Source of the DNA: Candidatus Aenigmatarchaeota archaeon
GTDB taxonomy: Archaea; Aenigmatarchaeota; Aenigmatarchaeia; QMZS01
Direction of reading: 5' to 3'
DNA length: 64,000 nucleotides
Assembly (NCBI GenBank): GCA_016932615.1
Contig: JAFGCN010000009.1
Location: 146,167-210,166 of the forward strand
A program made the position numbers and the translations under genes. The notes beneath the pieces are model-generated. The model was given only the letters and a program-made list of their open reading frames with translations, had not been told where the DNA came from and did not search any database. Shown here in pieces: positions 49,656 through 58,981 of the stretch (position 1 is the first letter of the stretch; every line of letters starts with the position of its first letter).

Positions 49656-49713
49656 TTCCGGCATATTTCGCACTATTCCGCATTTTTTCAGGGAACTTAT
49701 ATGGGCTGTTCCG
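49656..49713 (+). promoter_or_regulatory. Promoter with four 10-bp-phased TT(C/T)C(G/A) boxes, AAC-TATA element and downstream TTCCG
   Basis: Boxes at 49656, 49666, 49676, 49686; AACTTATAT at 49694; TTCCG at 49709; same spacing at 54960 and partly at 51439. Confidence 0.75.
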
Positions 49714-49818
49714 CCGAAGTGGGCTTATGCCTGCCGCCCGATGCCGGAAGCGAAAAGAAATGGGCCATAGCAAATAGCGCATATCAGGCAAGTGGGCGGA
49801 AAGGCATGTAAGAAAAAT

Positions 49819-50415
49819 ATGAAAGGAATAAGTATGTTGGGCGCAGTAGCCCTGTTGGTGGTAGGTTCAGTGCTGGTAATGGGCGTGTCGATGGCTGACG
49901 GAACTGAAAACTCTGTCGGAAACACCTGGAGAGCAGAGGCAGTGCAGGCAGTAGAAGACAATAACTTTGACGCCTGGAAAGCCGCTATGCTTGGCGGCCT
50001 GACTGTTGAGAGATTCAACGGTATTGTGCAGAGGTTCCAGGGTAGGTCTGAGATGAAGGCACAGATGCAGGAAAGGGAAACCGCTGTTCGTGAAGCCCTT
50101 GAGCAAGAAGACTACGAGGCCTGGAAGGCGGCAGTTGATTCCTTTGGAAAAGGAAGAAACGTCTCTGAAATGGTGTCCGAGGAAGAGTTTGCAACAATAG
50201 TCGAGATATACAAGGCAAGGGAAGCGGGAGACTACACGACTGCAAGAACCCTCATGGAGGAAAGCGGCCTTGGCCTGCTCCCCGGAATCGGCTCTGTTAT
50301 GGGCATGAGCAGAGAGATGGGAGCTAAGGGCCAGGGAATCGGAATGGGCGGCAAGGGCGAGCGCGAAATGAAGCGAGACCGTGACTGCACTGGCCTTGGA
50401 AGGGACTTTGAGTAA
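49819..50415 (+). CDS. Secreted helical protein with internal repeat and Gly/Met-rich tail
   Basis: Signal peptide from ATG 49819; AVEDNNFDAWKAA / ALEQEDYEAWKAA repeat. Confidence 0.75.
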   Translation: MKGISMLGAVALLVVGSVLVMGVSMADGTENSVGNTWRAEAVQAVEDNNFDAWKAAMLGGLTVERFNGIVQRFQGRSEMKAQMQERETAVREALEQEDYEAWKAAVDSFGKGRNVSEMVSEEEFATIVEIYKAREAGDYTTARTLMEESGLGLLPGIGSVMGMSREMGAKGQGIGMGGKGEREMKRDRDCTGLGRDFE

Positions 50416-50443
50416 GAAGCAGCTTTTCTCTAGACCGAAGCGA

Positions 50444-50466
50444 TTTTGTTTTCTTTTTTGTTTTTA
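50444..50466 (+). terminator. Oligo-T tract, probable archaeal intrinsic terminator
   Basis: TTTTGTTTTCTTTTTTGTTTTT about 30 nt after the stop codon. Confidence 0.45.
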
Positions 50467-50514
50467 TTGCAGACCTTATCTGGAGCTGATTTGTATATTT
50501 GCAATAATTAGAGG

Positions 50515-51342
50515 TTAACTAGTTATTACTTTGAGAGCCCATTTCGCTAATGCAAATAGAATCAATAAAACTGTGAGAATCGCGGTGATTGTTATGGCAA
50601 TAAGATACACGATGGGTGTTGCGAAGGGATTATTTCCTAATTGTATTCCCCAAAAATTATTCGCAAAGTAATTGACGTATCTGCACAAGTGAGGGGATTG
50701 TGCTGATACAATTAGACCTAGAGAAGCAAAGAAGATTATTGCAGAAATAAAAGCAGAAAGAAACAATAGGATGAATGTGTGCTTGGTGATAATTTCTTCC
50801 AGGCTGCAATTATAGCGAAGATAGAGGATGATACATGCAAGGATAAGGCCCATTATGAAGGTTGGTATGGAATAAAAGATGGACAGTACCACCAATTGTG
50901 GGAAATCTAACTCAAAAAATACCTTTTTGCACATAGGCGAAACGAAGTGAGATGCATTTTGGGGGTTAATTAAATCCTCATAGATATCTGAGGCGTAAGG
51001 GGTATTTAAATGATAAATTGCAGTAAAACTTTCTGGGGTTTCATTGAAGCTACATTGAGAATAGGTTTTGTTATGTCCAAGGTACACTAAACTGAAGCAC
51101 TCATAGCCATCATACTGGGTGAAGTAGATATAACCTGAACCAATACAGGTTAGGGAAAGTATGATGAATAGGTACGCAATTATACGTTCCCCGGATATGT
51201 TTGACCAGTGATTATTGGCAGAATTTTTATCTGAGGCCCTCTTGTGGCTTACCGTAAGTTCATCAGAAATACCGGTCAGAGATAAATTCAGACGATTTGG
51301 CGAGGGCTTTTTTATTCCAACATGTTTAGTTTCCTTAACCAT
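50515..51342 (-). CDS. AT-rich hypothetical membrane protein
   Basis: About 4 TM segments; visibly lower GC than neighbours; opposite strand. Confidence 0.65.
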   Translation of the reverse strand: MVKETKHVGIKKPSPNRLNLSLTGISDELTVSHKRASDKNSANNHWSNISGERIIAYLFIILSLTCIGSGYIYFTQYDGYECFSLVYLGHNKTYSQCSFNETPESFTAIYHLNTPYASDIYEDLINPQNASHFVSPMCKKVFFELDFPQLVVLSIFYSIPTFIMGLILACIILYLRYNCSLEEIITKHTFILLFLSAFISAIIFFASLGLIVSAQSPHLCRYVNYFANNFWGIQLGNNPFATPIVYLIAITITAILTVLLILFALAKWALKVITS

Positions 51343-51438
51343 AATTAACTTCTGCTATGAGATATACTTTCCAAAATCTGTAGGGCTCTAGGGATACAGG
51401 AAAATCGTTTCTGTAGTGTAAACTGCCCAAAATACCCG

Positions 51439-51476
51439 TTCCACCTTGTTCCGCCTAACCTATTTATATTGTTCCG
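51439..51476 (+). promoter_or_regulatory. Promoter with two phased TTCC boxes, AAC-TATA element and downstream TTCCG
   Basis: TTCCA 51439, TTCCG 51449, AACCTATTTAT 51457, TTCCG 51472: offsets of +8 and +23 from the proximal box match the other two copies. Confidence 0.7.
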
Positions 51477-51489
51477 GCCCATTTTTGGA

Positions 51490-52242
51490 ATGGAAAAGAC
51501 GGAAAAAGGGACGAGAAAATGCTTCTCCGGCGACAAAATCATTTCGCTTAAGAATGTCTGGAAGGTTTATAAGATGGGTGAAGTCCTCGTGCCTGCATTA
51601 AAGGACGTTACCGTGGATATACATGAAGGCGACTTTGTCGCAATAGTCGGCGCTTCTGGTTCCGGGAAATCGACTATGATGAATATGGTCGGCTGCCTTG
51701 ACACGCCAACAAAGGGGGAAGTTTATTTAAAGTCAAAGAACATAAGCAAGATGCCTGAGTCTGAGCTTGCCTCGCTTCGGGGACGGGCAATTGGGTTTAT
51801 ATTTCAGCAATATAACTTAATGCCCCACATGACCGCTTACGAAAATGTAATTCTCCCACTTGAGTTTCACGGTTATGATGATGAAACTGCCCACAAAAGG
51901 GTTGTTGGGGTCTTGAACCTGGTCGGGCTTGCAGGCAAGATGTATAATCGCCCTTCGCAGATGTCGGGCGGAGAGCAGCAGAGAGTGTCGATTGCTCGCT
52001 GCCTTGTAACAGACCCTGATATAATACTTGCAGATGAGCCGACAGGAGCTCTTGACAGTGTGAGGGGAAAAGAAGTCCTTACCCTTTTGCAGAAGCTTTG
52101 GAAAGAAAAAGGAAAGACGGTTATTATGGTTACGCATGACTTGAATCTTGCGCGCATGGCTTGTTCGGTTATAGAGCTGAAAGACGGTGAGATAGTTTCG
52201 TCAGGGCCGCTCAAGGAGGCCTTGCGGAGGACTGCAGCATGA
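51490..52242 (+). CDS. ABC transporter ATP-binding protein (LolD/MacB/SalX family)
   Basis: GASGSGKST, IGFIFQQYNL, MSGGEQQRV, LADEPTGALD, VTHD; start placed at ATG 51490, downstream of the promoter. Confidence 0.93.
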   Translation: MEKTEKGTRKCFSGDKIISLKNVWKVYKMGEVLVPALKDVTVDIHEGDFVAIVGASGSGKSTMMNMVGCLDTPTKGEVYLKSKNISKMPESELASLRGRAIGFIFQQYNLMPHMTAYENVILPLEFHGYDDETAHKRVVGVLNLVGLAGKMYNRPSQMSGGEQQRVSIARCLVTDPDIILADEPTGALDSVRGKEVLTLLQKLWKEKGKTVIMVTHDLNLARMACSVIELKDGEIVSSGPLKEALRRTAA

Positions 52243-53669
52243 AAACTCATCCTATTTTGTTTGGCTTAATAATTGTCTTTTTGCAGTTTTGCGCGGTTTT
52301 TGCAGCCCCGACTTCGGGGGCAAGCATTGTAGATTATAATGAGAGAAGCATAATTTCAGTTAGTCTAGTCAACCAGGACCCGGACCCTGCAATATCGGGA
52401 GACATAATTGAAGTGCGTATAGGCATTGAAAATAAGGGCGGGGAAGCAGTAAATGACCTTATGGTGGAGGTAGTTCCAACTTATCCGTTTGAGCTTGTTT
52501 CAGGCGAAACCGGCCTGCTGAACGCAGGGACGATCAATGGCTACCAGCAGAATTCCGAGATGAAAATTCTCAAATACCGCCTGAGGGTTAACCGGGAGGC
52601 ATCAGCCGGCTCTTATGAGCTTAAAGTAAGGTTCTATGAAGAGGGCTCTGGGCAAGTTTCGGAAAGGACCTTTTCGATTGACATTCAGAGCAGAGAAAGC
52701 GCAGAAGTAATCTATATAGATAAGACCGTCCTTATCCCGGGAAAGATGAGCACCATGACGTTTACGATAAACAATGTGGGGAGTTCGCCGCTTCGCGACC
52801 TGAACTTCAAGTGGTCGAACCCTGATAAAATAATACTTCCTGTTGGAAGCGATAATGCAAAGTATGTCCGGTACATTGATGTAGGCGAAAGCGCAGAGCT
52901 TGAGTATCAGGTCATAGCCGACACGAATGCAGATGTCGGGCTTTACGAGCTTGACTTGTGCCTTTCATATACCGACCCGCTCACAGGCAGTGAAAAGACC
53001 ATCTCGACACTTGCGGGAGTGTATGTTGGTGGGGAAACCGATTTTGATGTGGCTTTTTCTGAAAGCTCAAGCGGAACAACTTCATTTAGTATTGCAAACA
53101 TAGGAAATAATCCTGCATATTCGGTTTCTGTCATAGTCCCAAGCCAAAGGTCCTGGAGTGTTCAGGGCCCAAACTCGGTAATAATAGGAAACCTCAACAA
53201 GGGGGATTATACCGTTGCAAGCTTTACGCTCCAGCAGAGCGGCTCAACAATGCAGATGCCTAATGGAACAAGGGGGGTTGGAATGGCGAACGCAACGACT
53301 GACGGAATCGCTGCACAGGATAGGGACCGCAACATGACGGCTTTCCAGAACCGGACAATGCAGGCACAGTCCAGCACGATTCTCCTTCAGGTTGCCTACA
53401 CAGATACTCTGGGAGAGAGGAGGATTCTTGACAAAGAGGTCCAGATGGCTTCACAAAGTAGCGGCAACACGACCTTTGCAATGGCCCGCACAGCAGGCAG
53501 GAATGGCACATACCCACAATCGCAAGGGGGTCTTGGAAACTATGTCTGGCTGATATCTGGCTTTATCGTTCTGGCAGGGGGCTTTTTTCTTTACAGGAGG
53601 CACAAGAAGAAAAAACAGGCGTCCATTGAGTTTAAGGAGGGTAATTTTCTTTCCAAAAAGAAGAAATAG
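52239..53669 (+). CDS. COG1361-type S-layer/Ig-like membrane-anchored protein
   Basis: NQDPDPA..GDIIEVRIGIEN.G, IANIGNNPAYSV, IIGNLNKGDYT; C-terminal TM plus basic tail; lies between ABC ATPase and permease. Confidence 0.85.
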   Translation: MKTHPILFGLIIVFLQFCAVFAAPTSGASIVDYNERSIISVSLVNQDPDPAISGDIIEVRIGIENKGGEAVNDLMVEVVPTYPFELVSGETGLLNAGTINGYQQNSEMKILKYRLRVNREASAGSYELKVRFYEEGSGQVSERTFSIDIQSRESAEVIYIDKTVLIPGKMSTMTFTINNVGSSPLRDLNFKWSNPDKIILPVGSDNAKYVRYIDVGESAELEYQVIADTNADVGLYELDLCLSYTDPLTGSEKTISTLAGVYVGGETDFDVAFSESSSGTTSFSIANIGNNPAYSVSVIVPSQRSWSVQGPNSVIIGNLNKGDYTVASFTLQQSGSTMQMPNGTRGVGMANATTDGIAAQDRDRNMTAFQNRTMQAQSSTILLQVAYTDTLGERRILDKEVQMASQSSGNTTFAMARTAGRNGTYPQSQGGLGNYVWLISGFIVLAGGFFLYRRHKKKKQASIEFKEGNFLSKKKK

Positions 53670-53684
53670 CCCTTTCAAAATAAG

Positions 53685-54932
53685 ATGAAATTCAGGAAGT
53701 GTTTCAAGCACGCTTTTAATATGGTAGTGCACAGCAAGCTTAGAAGCTGGCTAACCATAATAGGAATTGTAATTGGCGTTGGGTCTGTTGTCGCGATTCT
53801 TGCATTAAGCGAAGGAATGCAGGAGTCGATGAATGACCGGCTCGGGGCGCTTGGAGGCGACATACTTACGCTTTCTGCCGGCTACTCGAGAGGAAGCAGC
53901 ATGATGGGCGGCAGGGAAGGGCCTGATGGCAGCTTTGGCGGAAGCGGAGGCGCAACGGCAACTGACGATGAGCCGGTAATCGACCGCTCGGACGTTCAGG
54001 CGCTTAAGTCAATACCGGACATCGCAATAATCAGCCCAACTATCAGGGGAAATGTCAAGGTATCCTATTTAGGAAAATCCGGGTCTGTTTCCCTTACGGG
54101 CGTTGACCAGGCAGTCTGGTCGAAGATAACCACCGCTGAGATAAGGGATGGCAGAATGCTTGACTCGGCAGACCAAAACGTCATCGTAATCGGCTCCCGG
54201 CTTGCGGACTCTTACTTCAGCCAGCCGCTTGGGATAAGCAAGTCCATAACTATCGAGGGAAGCTCTTTTAGGATTGTCGGGATTCTTGATGACGAGAGTA
54301 ACAGCATCTATATGCCAATGCAGATGGCATACCAGGTTCTTGAGGACAAGGATTACGGAGTTTACGATTCGGTTACTATTAAGATAAAGGACGAGGAAAC
54401 CTTGAACGAAACAATGGAGAAAATCACCAGCAAGCTTATGCTGGTCCGGCATGTTAATGAACGGACCAAGGACTTCACGCTTTCTTCAAGCAAGCAGATG
54501 CAGGCAACTCGCGCTGAGATGATGAGTTCCATGACAATTTTCCTGACAGCCATTGCGGCAGTTTCACTGATTGTCGGCGCGGTAGGGATAGCAAATACGA
54601 TGTTTACCTCAGTTCTCGAAAAGACAAAGGAGATTGGGATAATGAAGGCCATAGGGGCAAGAAACTCGGACATAATGATGATTTTCGTGCTGGACTCTGC
54701 AATTATCGGCTTTGTCGGCGGGGCGCTTGGCCTGCTTCTTGGAATGGCGGCTTCGATGGCCTTTCCGACACTGATGGGCGAGACAATGATGTTTCGCTCA
54801 GGCGGCGTGGTTTCCATGAGGATAATTATTCTTGCCTTGGGGGTTTCTGTTCTTATTGGTGTTTTGTCAGGGCTTATTCCAGCTTACCAGGCGTCCAAAT
54901 TAAAGCCGGTGGATGCACTGAGGTATGAGTAG
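53685..54932 (+). CDS. ABC transporter permease (MacB/FtsX family)
   Basis: KLRSWLTIIGIVIGV, GIANTMFTSVLEKTKEIGIMKAIGA, PAYQASKLKPVDALRYE. Confidence 0.94.
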   Translation: MKFRKCFKHAFNMVVHSKLRSWLTIIGIVIGVGSVVAILALSEGMQESMNDRLGALGGDILTLSAGYSRGSSMMGGREGPDGSFGGSGGATATDDEPVIDRSDVQALKSIPDIAIISPTIRGNVKVSYLGKSGSVSLTGVDQAVWSKITTAEIRDGRMLDSADQNVIVIGSRLADSYFSQPLGISKSITIEGSSFRIVGILDDESNSIYMPMQMAYQVLEDKDYGVYDSVTIKIKDEETLNETMEKITSKLMLVRHVNERTKDFTLSSSKQMQATRAEMMSSMTIFLTAIAAVSLIVGAVGIANTMFTSVLEKTKEIGIMKAIGARNSDIMMIFVLDSAIIGFVGGALGLLLGMAASMAFPTLMGETMMFRSGGVVSMRIIILALGVSVLIGVLSGLIPAYQASKLKPVDALRYE

Positions 54933-54959
54933 CAGGGCAGGAAAATTTTTGGGCTGTTT

Positions 54960-55017
54960 TTCCGAATTGTTCCGGACCTTTCCGTGATATTTCAAAGAAC
55001 CTATATATGCCGTTCCA
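54960..55017 (+). promoter_or_regulatory. Promoter with four 10-bp-phased TT(C/T)C(G/A) boxes, AAC-TATA element and downstream TTCCA
   Basis: Boxes at 54960, 54970, 54980, 54990; AACCTATATAT at 54998; TTCCA at 55013. Confidence 0.75.
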
Positions 55018-55080
55018 GACAAGTAATTTTGTGCCTGGGTCCAAGAAAGATTTTTTGGGCAAAGGCGCAGGAAAAGAAAA

Positions 55081-56280
55081 ATGATGCGAAGTGATAGTAT
55101 GGGTACAGTGCTGTTGCTGCTGACGGGCTTATGCCTTATGCAGCTTGCAATAGCAGACGAAACACTAAACCAGACGTTGGAAAACGAAACAGATGCCAAC
55201 CTCACTAATGAGGCCGGCAACGAAACAAACGAGACCGTTGACAACACGACGGTCATCACGAACGAGACTAATGAAACCAACGAGACCGCAGGCGAGTTGA
55301 CGAACGAGACAAATGAAAATTCAGGCGACCTCACAAATGAAACCGAAAACCAGACCGGCGAAATGACAGACCTGAACCAGACAGATCAAAACGATACTGC
55401 TTCTAACTTGACCGAAGCTGACATTAATGAGGCAAAGTCAATATCCTGCCCATATGGTGCGGAGGTAAGGTTCCTTGAGCTTGAAAAAAGAATTGAAAGA
55501 AACCTTCTTGTCGGCTCTGTAGTAGTAGCGGCGATAACTGAAAATGACCCCGATGCGGACGTAAGCGAACTGGTTGCAATCCTGGGCGAGATGGAAGACC
55601 TTCTTGAGGTTGTAAGAAATACCGACCGCGATGGAAACAAGCTGGAGCTTGCAAAGACCTTTGTCGACCTGAAAAAGGATGCCATAATTCTTACTATGGA
55701 GTTCAGGAAGCTTGCGCATGAGTTTATGACTCCGAAAAACCGGGAGCGCGTGATGGTTCAGGCAAGAATCGCAAATGCCACGAACTTCACTGAGATTGAC
55801 CAGCGGCTTAACCAGGCAAGGAAAAACTTTAATGCACACAAGACCGAAGAATTCCTTGGAGTGATGAATTCGAAAGACCAGGAGTTAATAAAGAGAATAA
55901 GAGAGGGATCAGTGAATATGTCCGAGATAAGAAACCAGATTATGGAGCGCTTCCAAAACCTTACCAGTGAGGAGCAGCAGGGCTTTGTTGGCAGGGCAAG
56001 GGAGATGTCTATAAAAAACAATATCGCAAAGAAGAACCTTGCTCTTGAGATGAAGCAGGACCGCCTTGAGCAACGGCTTGAGAGGACAGAGCAGTTGCAG
56101 GAGCGGGTTCGCGAAAAGATGCGGGAGTTTAATGCAACAGGCGTTAACCACACGGCACTGATGGAGCAGCTTCAGGAAAGGGTCAGGCAGAGTGACAACC
56201 TTGGGCATGGCATGGGAAAGCAGCAGCAAGTGATGGGCGAGATGGGCGATATGCGCGGAAACGGGGTACCTGGAAGATGA
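55081..56280 (+). CDS. Secreted helical protein with N-terminal NET-repeat (sequon-rich) region
   Basis: Signal peptide; TNETNETNET-type repeats; GAEVRFLELEKRIERN; Gly/Met-rich C-terminus. Confidence 0.75.
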   Translation: MMRSDSMGTVLLLLTGLCLMQLAIADETLNQTLENETDANLTNEAGNETNETVDNTTVITNETNETNETAGELTNETNENSGDLTNETENQTGEMTDLNQTDQNDTASNLTEADINEAKSISCPYGAEVRFLELEKRIERNLLVGSVVVAAITENDPDADVSELVAILGEMEDLLEVVRNTDRDGNKLELAKTFVDLKKDAIILTMEFRKLAHEFMTPKNRERVMVQARIANATNFTEIDQRLNQARKNFNAHKTEEFLGVMNSKDQELIKRIREGSVNMSEIRNQIMERFQNLTSEEQQGFVGRAREMSIKNNIAKKNLALEMKQDRLEQRLERTEQLQERVREKMREFNATGVNHTALMEQLQERVRQSDNLGHGMGKQQQVMGEMGDMRGNGVPGR

Positions 56281-56507
56281 AAACAAAGCTTTTTTTGGCC
56301 CTGTTTTTGCTGGTTGCTACTGTTGCCTTTTCCGGCTGCATAGGAAGCGACACGCAGGACAATTCTGAGGTTCCTATGGAGAACAACTCCCAGCAGGTAA
56401 CTATCCAGGAAGAGCCGGCCGTAGAGCAGAATGCCGAGGTCATAGAGCAGGTGGATGCAGAATTGATGGATGACATCGATGACGTGGAAATCGGCGAAAT
56501 GGTTTAG
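56277..56507 (+). CDS. Small acidic lipoprotein-like protein
   Basis: Lipobox AFSGC; ATGA overlap with upstream gene; ends DDVEIGEMV. Confidence 0.7.
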   Translation: MKTKLFLALFLLVATVAFSGCIGSDTQDNSEVPMENNSQQVTIQEEPAVEQNAEVIEQVDAELMDDIDDVEIGEMV

Positions 56508-56514
56508 TTTCGTT

Positions 56515-57108
56515 TTAATTTAATTTCAATTTTGTTATTTTTTCTTTTGCCAGCTTTAGCTTTCCGAATTTTTTTTCGATAAAGCCCTTTAGGTCTTCAA
56601 CCCGGGAACTGGTGATTACCTCGATGCACAGGAGAGGGTTTTTGGGGTTTGGGTCAAACGTTTCTTTTTGGTTTACTGACTCAACAGTCCTCAGGAATAT
56701 CTCTGAAGCATTCATGGTCTTGAGGAGCTTTTTGGTCGTGTTTATGACGAATTCAATGTCGTAAGGTGGAATCAATCTCAGGTCAAGGTAATTCCCTTTC
56801 AGTTTTCCTGAGGTTATGCTCTTCAGGAATGCGTGCTCGGTTTCGACGGTTATGTCGACTTTCACGTCTTTTGAGCCGGCATATTTCTGCAGGAGATCAC
56901 TTGCGTCCTTTGAGGAGTATTTTTCGTCAATTGAGCCGGTGATTAGCACTCCGGGGGTTTTTAAGGTTTTTCCAAACCGTGTAAGTTCGCTGAAGTACCC
57001 GAAGCGGCAGTTTTTGAATTCCTTCGGCTTTGGGGAAAATGCCTTCTTTATCTCTTCGGGCTTTTTGTCCGGAAACCAGGCAAGCCCCCTGATAAGCTGC
57101 TGAACCAT
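56515..57108 (-). CDS. Hypothetical protein
   Basis: 197-aa Lys-rich ORF; GGAGGGG and TATATAT upstream. Confidence 0.6.
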   Translation of the reverse strand: MVQQLIRGLAWFPDKKPEEIKKAFSPKPKEFKNCRFGYFSELTRFGKTLKTPGVLITGSIDEKYSSKDASDLLQKYAGSKDVKVDITVETEHAFLKSITSGKLKGNYLDLRLIPPYDIEFVINTTKKLLKTMNASEIFLRTVESVNQKETFDPNPKNPLLCIEVITSSRVEDLKGFIEKKFGKLKLAKEKITKLKLN

Positions 57109-57176
57109 AATAAACCCCCTCCATATATATAGCGTTTGGCTTGTTTTGGGTATTATCTAATATATCTCACTATATT

Positions 57177-57407
57177 ATGCCTTTGGACTGTAAGGACGGC
57201 TATGTTGGCATAGCAAAGGTAATTGGCGCAGTAGTGGTTTGCATGGTTATTTTGACCCTGCTTTTCGCTTCTGAAAACCTTGTCGTCGTCGAGAGAATCA
57301 GCGGCTACCTGGTGGTTCTTGGCATAGTTCTGGGTGTTTTCCAGTACTTTGCCCAGAAAGAAGCTTCAGAAAAGCCACAATTGCCGGGAGTTAAGAAAAG
57401 AAGATAA
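57177..57407 (+). CDS. Small 2-TM membrane protein
   Basis: ttATG start, two hydrophobic segments, basic tail. Confidence 0.55.
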   Translation: MPLDCKDGYVGIAKVIGAVVVCMVILTLLFASENLVVVERISGYLVVLGIVLGVFQYFAQKEASEKPQLPGVKKRR

Positions 57408-57457
57408 TTTTTGCTTTTTTCGTATTTTGGCTTTTTGCTGTAGGTGTGGCGGGTTTC

Positions 57458-57964
57458 TTAAGCGGTGGCTTTTTGGGTGGCAAGTGAATGGAAGTAGTGG
57501 TTTGCCCTTTCAAGGTATTCCAGGACGGGGCACTTGGAGCCGTTTTTGGAGGCGTAATCTGCCGCCAGGTAAGAAGCGCCGGCGTCAACTGCAAGGTCCT
57601 GGGCAGTGTTTGAGGTAAGGCCTGTTTCTGCCACGCTCAGAATCCCGCCTGAGGCAAGGTAGTGCTCGAGGATTTCCCAGCCGATTCCAAGCGCCAGGAC
57701 CCCCGCCGCCACTTCCGCCTTGCTTACGGGAACTTCAAGGTTTTCGGCGGCCTTTACTCCAGTGTAGCCGAGGGCAGCGGCTGTTGTTCCGTGCATAAGC
57801 ACATCGTAATGTGGAACTTCCTGAAAGTATCCGCCAAGCCCGTCCAGCTCGAAAAGCCCCAGGTAGTTTGCAAGCACTGCTGCAGCCCCAAGGCCCAGAA
57901 CATATTTGTCGCTAAGCGTCTTTTCTGCCGCCCCCCTTATCTTTTGCCAGTCCATATTCAGCAC
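57458..57964 (-). CDS. Membrane protein (DUF2238/VanZ-like)
   Basis: YDVLMH...GWEILE...NTAQDL motif triad in TM helices. Confidence 0.6.
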   Translation of the reverse strand: MLNMDWQKIRGAAEKTLSDKYVLGLGAAAVLANYLGLFELDGLGGYFQEVPHYDVLMHGTTAAALGYTGVKAAENLEVPVSKAEVAAGVLALGIGWEILEHYLASGGILSVAETGLTSNTAQDLAVDAGASYLAADYASKNGSKCPVLEYLERANHYFHSLATQKATA

Positions 57965-58054
57965 TACTAGTTAGTTAAATATGTTTTTATGTCCGATTTT
58001 AAACAAAATTTGGCTTACCTTACGGGTTCTTAACTGCTTCCATCAGTTTCATTT

Positions 58055-58360
58055 ATGAGACGAGCGGTTTTCGCCATTGTTTCAAAAATTCCGCCCGGAA
58101 AAGTCGCCACCTACGGCCAGATTGCAGACGCTCTTGGGACAAGTCCAAGAGCAGTTGGCCGAATTTTGAACAGTAATGAAAAGCTGGTCGAGATTCCCTG
58201 CCACAGGGTCGTGATGTCTGATGGGCGAATCGGCGGGTACAAGTGTGGAGTCGAGAGGAAGATTGAATTGCTTGAAAGTGAGGGCGTTGAGGTCAAAAAC
58301 GGGAGGGTGGATTTGGAGCGGTTTTTGCTGGCGCTGGAAGTAAACCCGAAATACGACTAG
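58055..58360 (+). CDS. ogt: Methylated-DNA--protein-cysteine methyltransferase (MGMT C-domain)
   Basis: IPPGKVATYGQIA, PRAVG, active-site IPCHRVV. Confidence 0.92.
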   Translation: MRRAVFAIVSKIPPGKVATYGQIADALGTSPRAVGRILNSNEKLVEIPCHRVVMSDGRIGGYKCGVERKIELLESEGVEVKNGRVDLERFLLALEVNPKYD

Positions 58361-58362
58361 GA

Positions 58363-58914
58363 TTAAAGATTCCAATATAATGCTCTTTCTTCAGTGGTTC
58401 TATCTCCCGGAAGCTTGGCCTGCACCGAAAGAGGTGGCTCTATGCAGTGAGCAGGATCGGCGCGGGCTGTCATTCTTAAAAGTTCAGTTAGGCCTTCAGA
58501 ACTTAATGTTCCGCGGCTTATAGTTCTTTTTCCATCCTCGATGGTCTCGATTGTCACGGGACCCGAATAACTCTTGAAGAGATTTTTGAAATTTCTGGAG
58601 TCACCCTTTTCGATTATTTGAGACCTACTCTCAAATTTTGCAATGGCTGAATCTGGACCTGAAAGACCTACACAAGAGATACCTCCATCTCCATCATAAA
58701 GTGCTTCAGTTTCCCGGATTATTACTCTAGGTCCTCCACCATAAACGCCTGAAGGCAATTCAATTCCAAGCGTATGTTCTTGTTTTTTTGTATCAAAGCT
58801 TGTTTCGACAGTTAGTCCATTATTTCTTGCATAATGGATAAGCTCTTCAGCACCCTCAAAATACTCTTTTTGGCTGTCTGGGACTTTTATTCCTTCTGGT
58901 AATCCTGCTAACAT
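58363..58914 (-). CDS. Hypothetical protein
   Basis: 183-aa ORF with AT-rich upstream promoter region. Confidence 0.55.
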   Translation of the reverse strand: MLAGLPEGIKVPDSQKEYFEGAEELIHYARNNGLTVETSFDTKKQEHTLGIELPSGVYGGGPRVIIRETEALYDGDGGISCVGLSGPDSAIAKFESRSQIIEKGDSRNFKNLFKSYSGPVTIETIEDGKRTISRGTLSSEGLTELLRMTARADPAHCIEPPLSVQAKLPGDRTTEERALYWNL

Positions 58915-58981
58915 AGTTACTATAATATAATAATTACTATAACTTTAAATACTTATTGAAGATATTGAACTTAGCTTACTT

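Noticed and set aside
49656-55017. TTCCG arrays or NET-coding repeats as CRISPR
   Set aside because: Units are 5-10 bp with no repeat-spacer structure, and no cas genes are present
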